Shown here piece by piece: positions 44,084 through 50,812 of a DNA stretch of 50,812 bases; the stretch's first letter is position 1, and every line of letters begins with the position of its first letter. A model generated the notes under the pieces. That model searched no databases and was not told the origin of the DNA. It worked only from the letters and a program-made list of their open reading frames with translations. Position numbers and translations under genes: made by a program. The DNA comes from a virus (Duplodnaviria; Caudoviricetes): positions 1 through 50,812 of IMG/VR virus record IMGVR_UViG_3300020460_000022; one strand, written 5' to 3'.

Positions 44084-45466
44084 ATGACAGCTACAATTTC
44101 AAATGTATTTAAAAAGAAAATTCTATTAGATTTAGATTCAGATCTGAACAAAACTGCAAATAGTTATTATATTGGTATTGGTAGATCTGTTCAATGGAAT
44201 GCTACAGATGATAAACCTCCAGCAGGTAACACAACTTTTCAAATGAGAGAAGCAGCTTACGGTTTACAATCTGTTAAATCAGCAGAAGATAGAACATTTA
44301 CAGTATCAAGAAATAACTGGACATCAGGTGCAATATACGATGCATACAATGATAACTTAACAGGATCCGGTACAAATCCCTACTATGTCATAACAGATAC
44401 GAATAAAGTTTATATCTGTCTAGAAGCATCTAAGCAAACAGATGGTACAAGAAATACCTCAACAGTCGAACCAACATCAGTTGTTACAGATAGAGCATTT
44501 AAGACATCTGATGGCTATGTTTGGAGATACTTATTTCAACTTACGACACTAAATGCTAATAAATTCCTATCAGCCAATTTCTTACCGGTCAATTTCCAAG
44601 AGGATTCTCTAGGTGGAGGTGATGCTACGTTAGTCCAGCAATACAACATACAACAGAATGCTGTTGCCGGGCAGATAGTCGGCATTGAAGTACTAAATGG
44701 CGGAACAGGTTTTACAAGTTCTCCAACTATTACAATTAACGGGGATGGTGTAGCAGCAACTGCAACTGCATCAGTAAGCGGTGGAACTGTTACGAAGATA
44801 GAACTAGATTCTGCAGCTGATAGTTGTAGAGCATTCGGTAGGGGTTATAATCAGGCTAGCGTAGCAATCAGTGGTGGTGGAGGTTCAGGTGCTGTTGCAA
44901 GACCTATCATGTCATCAGCTGGTATTGGCGCAGATGCAAGAGACGATTTAAAATCTACGGCAATGATGTTCAACACGAAACCTGCAGGAACAGAAACAGT
45001 CGGTATCAAACCAAAGTTTAATGTAGATCAAGATTTTAGACAAGTTATGCTGATACGAAACCCACTGAAAGATGACGGAAGTACGTTATTCACGGATGCA
45101 GTCGGAAGAGGTGGGTACAATCTAAGATTGACATCTTCTATAGCATTCCCGGTCGATACATTAATAACTGGTGGAACATCAGGAGCTAAGGGTTACGTAG
45201 ATCAAGTTGATAGTTCAGTCCTTCATATACACCAGAGTGATTCTACAGGATATATACCTTTCCAAGCTAGTGAAACGATATCTGGAGCAAGTTTATCTGC
45301 TACGATTAAAGGAGCGAGTGAGGTAATGGGAGCAGGCGGACCTGGAGGAATGGGTACCAGCGATTTAAAAGTTAATTCTGGAGATATATATTATTTAGAG
45401 AACAGAGCAGCAGTTGTTAGATCTTCAGCACAAACAGAAGACATAAAAGTAGTTATTCAAATTTAA
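44084..45466 (+). CDS. 8: Baseplate wedge protein gp8
   Basis: YIGIGR, RNNWTSG.IYD, YYV, VYICL, STVEP, DGYVWRYL, SGDIYYLENR, QTEDIKVVIQ. Confidence 0.85.
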   Translation: MTATISNVFKKKILLDLDSDLNKTANSYYIGIGRSVQWNATDDKPPAGNTTFQMREAAYGLQSVKSAEDRTFTVSRNNWTSGAIYDAYNDNLTGSGTNPYYVITDTNKVYICLEASKQTDGTRNTSTVEPTSVVTDRAFKTSDGYVWRYLFQLTTLNANKFLSANFLPVNFQEDSLGGGDATLVQQYNIQQNAVAGQIVGIEVLNGGTGFTSSPTITINGDGVAATATASVSGGTVTKIELDSAADSCRAFGRGYNQASVAISGGGGSGAVARPIMSSAGIGADARDDLKSTAMMFNTKPAGTETVGIKPKFNVDQDFRQVMLIRNPLKDDGSTLFTDAVGRGGYNLRLTSSIAFPVDTLITGGTSGAKGYVDQVDSSVLHIHQSDSTGYIPFQASETISGASLSATIKGASEVMGAGGPGGMGTSDLKVNSGDIYYLENRAAVVRSSAQTEDIKVVIQI

Positions 45467-45476
45467 AGGTTATGAA

Positions 45477-48400
45477 ATGGCAAGTAATTTAACAAGTACC
45501 ATATTTAGTAGTACCTATAAGGACGATTATAAGGACAGCAATAATTTTCATAGAATATTATTCAATAGTTCTAGAACCTTACAGGCACGTGAATTAACAC
45601 AATCCCAAACTATCATACAAAAAGAAATAGAGAGATTTGGTAATAACATATTCAAAGAAGGTGCGATGGTTAATCCGGGTGGAGTAACCGTTAACAACCA
45701 ATTAGAATATATTAAATTAGCTGCTAATACTACTGTAGATAAAGATGCTATAATCGGGACAGAATTTACTGGTTCTAGTTCAGGTGTCAAGGCGAAGGTT
45801 ATAGATGCACTCGTTGATAGTGGTAGTCTAAAACCTGCAACACTATATGTAACTTATACAGATACTACTAGTGGTACTGCTGGAACTAGTCCAATTAAAA
45901 TGTCTGCTAATGAATCTATTACAAATGGTTCAGTAACATTTACAACACAAACTACTAATACAGTTGATGATCCAGTTACCGGTACAGGTACAAGAGCTTC
46001 TATAGCAAAAGGTGATTTCTATGTAAAAGGTCATTTTGTAAATGCTCAACCTCAATCGAAAATTATATCAAGGTATACTACTAATCCAAATAAAAACCTA
46101 GGTTTCTCTGTTACAGAATCGATCGTAACATCTACAGATGATGAAACACTATTCGATAATCAAGGAGCTACACCAAATCGTTCTGCACCAGGTGCTGATA
46201 GATTTAAAATAAAGCTAGATATTGCTACTAAAGATGAACTTGATTCAGATACAACATTCTGTCATGTAGCAAATGTTGTTAACGGTGTTATTACAAGTCA
46301 GCCTACAGGAACAAATGATTATAACAGATTAAATGATTTACTAGCAACAAGAACGAAAGAAGAATCAGGCAATTATATTGCAAAACAATTCGTTGCTAAG
46401 TTCGATGAAAAAGATGATTCATCACTAACACTAAACTTAAGTGATGGTGTTGCTTATATCAATGGATATAGATCAGCACCAGATACGAGCTTACCAATAG
46501 AAGTACCAAGAGCTCAGGTATCTACAACGTTGAATAACCAGGCCATAGGTGCTAACTACGGTAATTATGTATTCGTACAAGATAGTGGAACAGATGGTAT
46601 ATCTCTTGCCGTTAACAGATCAAATAAAGGTATACCGACATTCATGGTTGATAGTTGTACGATATACGATAATGCTGCTACTAGTGGATCGGCAATCGGT
46701 AAAGTTAGGTTAAGAGCAGTAGAAAAAGGTGGTAATTCAAACCAAGGTGGTGCATTAGCAGGAACATACAAATACTACTTACAGAACTTAGAAATGTATC
46801 CTGGCAAGAATTTTAGAAATGCAAAGAGTATTGGATCTTCAGCAACTTCATTTTTTAATCCCCTACAAGAAAATGGAAAAACAATATTAAGAGAACCAGA
46901 AAATCACGACCTATTCTTTACTCTACAACATGATAGGCCGAAGGCATACAGTGATTTTAATCTAACAGTACAGAGAAGAATAACTGCAACAACGAATTCA
47001 GCAGGAGAAGCTACGTTCGGTACACTTTCGAATGAAACTTATGCAAATACTTCTGACTGGGTATTCTCTCATGTTGACAGTGCAATGTTCGTCCCGAGCA
47101 CAGTTACAGGATCAGGTACAACATCTGCTGCAATAACGGGAGGACCTTCCAGTAAAAGTATCGTAGCTCTAGCTTACATCAATAAAGCAGTAGCAGCAAC
47201 TGCAGTACAACGAACAAAGACGTTGAATACTGTTACTAAGACATATGGACCGACTACAGAGAACGGTGTAACATTCTACAACTTAGCTAAACCTGATATT
47301 TACGAAGTTACAGAAATTAAAGATACAAATTCAGGTGGACAGGATATTTCAAGTAAGTTTATATTAGATGATGGTCAAAGAGATAACCACTATGGATTAG
47401 GTAGGTTAATATTAAAACCAGGACAGACACAGTCAAATGCAGTATATGTTAATTTCAAGCACTTCAGTGCAGGATCTGGACAGTTCTTCACATCACAATC
47501 TTATCCGGCAGCAGTACCTTATAAGAATATACCGAATTATATAGCATCTAATAACAGAGAAATAGAATTACGTAATGTTATGGATTTTAGACATGTAGTT
47601 GATTCAGATGGTAAATTTGGAACTGCTGGATTCAATGCATTAGTACATGAACTTCCAAAGAATACAGATATTATATCAGCCGATGTAGAATACTATCTTC
47701 CACGTAGGGATAAAATTGTAGCTACTGAAGAAGGAGATATCAGATACATATATGGAGCAAGTGCATTCGATCTTAAAGATGTAGATGCACCAGATGGTAC
47801 ATTACCACTATATAATGTTTCTTTAAATGCTTTTACAGTTAATGATTCAGATTTAACATTGGAAAAAATAGATGCCAAGAGATTTACAATGGCGGATATC
47901 GGTAATGTTGAGAAGAGATTAGAGAAACTAGAAGAAACAACAGCATTAAGTTTGATGGAAGTTGATACTAGAAATTTAGAGATAATAGATTCTTCTGGTG
48001 TGAATAGAACTAAGTCAGGTTTCTTAGTAGATAATTTTAAAGATCATTTCCAAGCAGATACAAGAACAATAGAATATAGAGCTTCAATAGATCCTCGAGG
48101 TAAGGTACTTCGTCCATCTTATATAGCTGATAATGTTAAGTTAATGTATGATTCTGCAACAACAGAATCTATAGTTTCTGGATCTTCAGGTGTTGTACAA
48201 AAAGGAGATAACATATATCTTCAACACTCACATGTACTACATACAAGTCAAGACCTAGCGACAACTGTAGAAAATGTAAATCCATTTGCAGTCATAACAC
48301 ACATAGGACACATGGAATTATCTCCTTCGTCAGATAACTGGTATGAATCAAAGAAAAAGGCAGCAAGAGTTTTAGATGGCGGTGTTAAGATAGACAAGAC

Positions 48401-50812
48401 ATTAGCTAATAACTGGAATAACTGGGAATGGAATTGGTCAGGAACAGAAGCTGCAGGATTATCTGCCAATCAACAATTATCAGAAAGAACTACAGAATCT
48501 ACCGTAGGTAATCAATTAGTAACTTACAAACAGACAAATTTCGTGGCTTCAAACGAGGTTATTAGAACAGTTATTGGAACTAAATCAGTAGACCTAGCAC
48601 TAATACCTTTTATGAGATCAAAGAAAGTATTCTTTAGAGCACAAGGTATGAAACCTAATTCAAGAGTATTTGCTTTCTTTAATGGTACACCTGTTGCTGA
48701 TTGGGTTAGACCAGAAACAACTTTTAGTAGGTACGGAGATCTTTCAGAAGATTTCGGAAACTTATACAATAAAGCATCCGGACATCCTAATACTGCAGCT
48801 AATCTAACGACTACAGATTCAGGATCGATAATTGGATCTTTCTTTATACCAAATACTGATTCCTTAAAATTTAGAACAGGTGATGTTGAATTTAAATTAT
48901 TAGATATCAGTGTAAACCAAGATAGTGTAGCAACATCAGGTGCTAGGGGTATGTTTACATCACGTGGAGTACTCGAAACATTCCAAGATACGGTACTTTC
49001 TACAAGAAATATTAAAATACAATCTTCAAATAGAGAAATTGGTAGAAGACAGATTTATAGTCCACGAGATGAAAGAGATTGGAATAGAAATCCGGGTACA
49101 GTAGTTGGAAATAGATTTAATACTCGCAGAGATGCAGATGGTACTAATTTCGGTACTTGGTCTTCTCCTGGAGGAAGCAGCCTTCCACAGAAAACTATAA
49201 AATGGAAAGATCCATTAGCACAAACATTCTTAATAGAAGATACTGCAGGTATATTCTTAACTAAGGTTGATATATTCTTTTCGGAAAAAGATGCAAATAT
49301 TCCAGTTGCAGTTTCAATTCGACCTACACTAAATGGAGTTCCTACAAATCAAGATATGCCAGGAGCTATTAAATTCTTACCTCCTTCCGCAGTAAATGTT
49401 ACAGCAGAAGGAAGTTCAATAGATACGGTACGTGCCGCTCCAACAACATTCGAATTTGAAGAACCAGTTTACTTAAGTCCGTATTCTGAATATGCAGTCG
49501 TTATATCTGCAGAAACTAATGGATATAAAGCTTACGTAGCAGAATCAGGTGAATTCGTAGTTAATTCTACAGAGAGAAGAGTTACTAAACAACCTTCTAT
49601 GGGATCATTGTTCAAATCACAAAATGGTTCAACATGGACTGCTGATCAGAGTTCAGATCTCATGTTTAAATTACATAGAGCGGATTTTAGAAATGTTGGA
49701 ACAGCAATGCTAGAAAATACAGATGTTGCACCAGTTCTTCTAGATACAGATCCAATATCAGTGACAAGCGGTTCTACTACATATACAGTATTCCAACCCG
49801 GTCATGGATTCATGGTAGGTGATGATGTTATACTTGGTGGAGTTACAGCTTCAGATTCTGCTAACTTCTTAAACAATGAAATTGGTGGAACCGGTAATTC
49901 AAGTGTCACTGGAGAAGGTATGAGATCCACTAGGACAATTACGAAAGTAGATTGGACTGGATTCCAATTTACAGGAGATAGTTCAGCATCAGGTACAGTA
50001 TCAGGTGGTGGTAGTGCATTAAAATCACAACAGAACATGTTATTTGATCAGTTCATACCAAATATTGATAATATTACTCCACCTAAAACTGCTATATCTG
50101 GTGGTATTAAATTACATACAGGTAAATCTTTTGGAGGAGTTGGAGAGACAGCCTATACTATCGATACTTCGATGCAACCAATGGATATCAATAAACCTAA
50201 TTTCCTATCGGCTCCAAGAGTTATAGCTTCTAGAACAAATGAATTAAAAGGATCTAATATTAATAGTTCAGGTAATCCAAATAAGAGATCTGCACTAGTA
50301 GAAATTGGTATGGGAACAAATGACTCTAAGGTTTCTCCAGTTATAGATTTACAGAGAACATCGCTGACAGTTATCAACAATATGATCGATAAGCAATCCT
50401 CATCATCTTCTTCAGATGGTTTTAGTATACCTATCAACTATAAAGCTGAAACGGATCCTACAAACGGAAGTTCTGCTTCGAAGCACATTACAAAAACAGT
50501 TAACTTAGCAGAAGATGCTGTAGGACTAAAGGTTCTGATATCTGCTAATCTTCCTGCTAACAGTTCGTTTGATGTATATCACAAAACTGCAGTAGATGAT
50601 GTAGCTCTTTCGGATGTTTCATGGGTACTTGCGACGAGAGAAAATACAATTACAACAGATGATAACCCAAACGTATTTCGAGATCATACGTTCTTAATCG
50701 GCGGACAGAAAGGTACACTAGAACCATTCAAACAGTTTAAACTTAAGATTGTGTTCATAGGATATAATTCTTCTAAAGTACCGACAATAAGAGATCTCAG
50801 AGTTATAGCATT
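45477..50812 (+). CDS. Large virion structural protein (DUF4815 / VrlC-like), 3'-truncated by the window edge, not in ORF track
   Basis: Begins MASNLTSTIFSSTYKDDYKDSNNFHRILF...LQARELTQSQ; contains APGADR, RTKEESGNY, GFLVDNF, DPLAQTF; the same frame reads RDLRVIA at the window end. Confidence 0.85.
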   Translation, partial: MASNLTSTIFSSTYKDDYKDSNNFHRILFNSSRTLQARELTQSQTIIQKEIERFGNNIFKEGAMVNPGGVTVNNQLEYIKLAANTTVDKDAIIGTEFTGSSSGVKAKVIDALVDSGSLKPATLYVTYTDTTSGTAGTSPIKMSANESITNGSVTFTTQTTNTVDDPVTGTGTRASIAKGDFYVKGHFVNAQPQSKIISRYTTNPNKNLGFSVTESIVTSTDDETLFDNQGATPNRSAPGADRFKIKLDIATKDELDSDTTFCHVANVVNGVITSQPTGTNDYNRLNDLLATRTKEESGNYIAKQFVAKFDEKDDSSLTLNLSDGVAYINGYRSAPDTSLPIEVPRAQVSTTLNNQAIGANYGNYVFVQDSGTDGISLAVNRSNKGIPTFMVDSCTIYDNAATSGSAIGKVRLRAVEKGGNSNQGGALAGTYKYYLQNLEMYPGKNFRNAKSIGSSATSFFNPLQENGKTILREPENHDLFFTLQHDRPKAYSDFNLTVQRRITATTNSAGEATFGTLSNETYANTSDWVFSHVDSAMFVPSTVTGSGTTSAAITGGPSSKSIVALAYINKAVAATAVQRTKTLNTVTKTYGPTTENGVTFYNLAKPDIYEVTEIKDTNSGGQDISSKFILDDGQRDNHYGLGRLILKPGQTQSNAVYVNFKHFSAGSGQFFTSQSYPAAVPYKNIPNYIASNNREIELRNVMDFRHVVDSDGKFGTAGFNALVHELPKNTDIISADVEYYLPRRDKIVATEEGDIRYIYGASAFDLKDVDAPDGTLPLYNVSLNAFTVNDSDLTLEKIDAKRFTMADIGNVEKRLEKLEETTALSLMEVDTRNLEIIDSSGVNRTKSGFLVDNFKDHFQADTRTIEYRASIDPRGKVLRPSYIADNVKLMYDSATTESIVSGSSGVVQKGDNIYLQHSHVLHTSQDLATTVENVNPFAVITHIGHMELSPSSDNWYESKKKAARVLDGGVKIDKTLANNWNNWEWNWSGTEAAGLSANQQLSERTTESTVGNQLVTYKQTNFVASNEVIRTVIGTKSVDLALIPFMRSKKVFFRAQGMKPNSRVFAFFNGTPVADWVRPETTFSRYGDLSEDFGNLYNKASGHPNTAANLTTTDSGSIIGSFFIPNTDSLKFRTGDVEFKLLDISVNQDSVATSGARGMFTSRGVLETFQDTVLSTRNIKIQSSNREIGRRQIYSPRDERDWNRNPGTVVGNRFNTRRDADGTNFGTWSSPGGSSLPQKTIKWKDPLAQTFLIEDTAGIFLTKVDIFFSEKDANIPVAVSIRPTLNGVPTNQDMPGAIKFLPPSAVNVTAEGSSIDTVRAAPTTFEFEEPVYLSPYSEYAVVISAETNGYKAYVAESGEFVVNSTERRVTKQPSMGSLFKSQNGSTWTADQSSDLMFKLHRADFRNVGTAMLENTDVAPVLLDTDPISVTSGSTTYTVFQPGHGFMVGDDVILGGVTASDSANFLNNEIGGTGNSSVTGEGMRSTRTITKVDWTGFQFTGDSSASGTVSGGGSALKSQQNMLFDQFIPNIDNITPPKTAISGGIKLHTGKSFGGVGETAYTIDTSMQPMDINKPNFLSAPRVIASRTNELKGSNINSSGNPNKRSALVEIGMGTNDSKVSPVIDLQRTSLTVINNMIDKQSSSSSSDGFSIPINYKAETDPTNGSSASKHITKTVNLAEDAVGLKVLISANLPANSSFDVYHKTAVDDVALSDVSWVLATRENTITTDDNPNVFRDHTFLIGGQKGTLEPFKQFKLKIVFIGYNSSKVPTIRDLRVIA

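Noticed and set aside
902-50437. Many short antisense or nested ORFs in the track (e.g. 902-1174, 1866-2126, 7189-7524, 29391-29774, 36087-36446, 45548-50437)
   Set aside because: They lie within well-supported longer genes, lack RBS or motifs, and look like shadow ORFs
1-50812. tRNA, rRNA, integrase, transposase and Rho-independent terminators
   Set aside because: None recognised by eye; intergenic gaps are short and mostly explained by promoters. tRNAscan-SE, Infernal or a terminator predictor would be needed to exclude them.

Overview
A 50.8-kb, AT-rich, densely coding segment of a T4-like myovirus. It resembles marine T4-like phages, and no host can be assigned from this window alone. 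Left part (1-20.5 kb, + strand): lipase, class II B12-dependent ribonucleotide reductase, GIY-YIG EndoII-like nuclease, PD-(D/E)XK exonuclease, HAD phosphatase, glutaredoxin, a 10-gene glycosyltransferase/methyltransferase island, 2OG-Fe(II) oxygenase, IscA/HesB and many small ORFs behind T4-early-type promoters. Middle (20.5-28 kb): a minus-strand four-gene module of predicted envelope proteins that includes a Cys-rich 22-aa repeat protein, an operator-like palindrome array, gp33 and gp32. Right part (28-50.8 kb): tail/baseplate morphogenesis genes (tape-measure-like, gp26/gp51-like, gp54, gp2, gp4, gp48, gp53, hub, split gp5, gp25, gp6, gp7, gp9-like, gp8, and a DUF4815/VrlC-like gene running off the end). 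Most notable signals: (i) a candidate -1 ribosomal frameshift (T TTT TTT) fusing the gp26-like ORF to a poorly initiated gp51-like ORF just upstream of the tape-measure-like gene, as in lambda G/GT; (ii) three copies of a promoter cassette with a TGT(G/A)A-N8-TCACA palindrome at a fixed 36-37 nt upstream of the -35; (iii) a fourU-thermometer-like hairpin over the RBS of a late membrane-protein gene; (iv) the uncharacterised four-gene envelope module; (v) the glycan island; (vi) an amidase that appears to have lost its zinc ligands, inside a split gp5 locus. All product calls come from reading motifs and synteny by eye; no database search was run. No tRNA, rRNA, CRISPR array or integrase was recognised.
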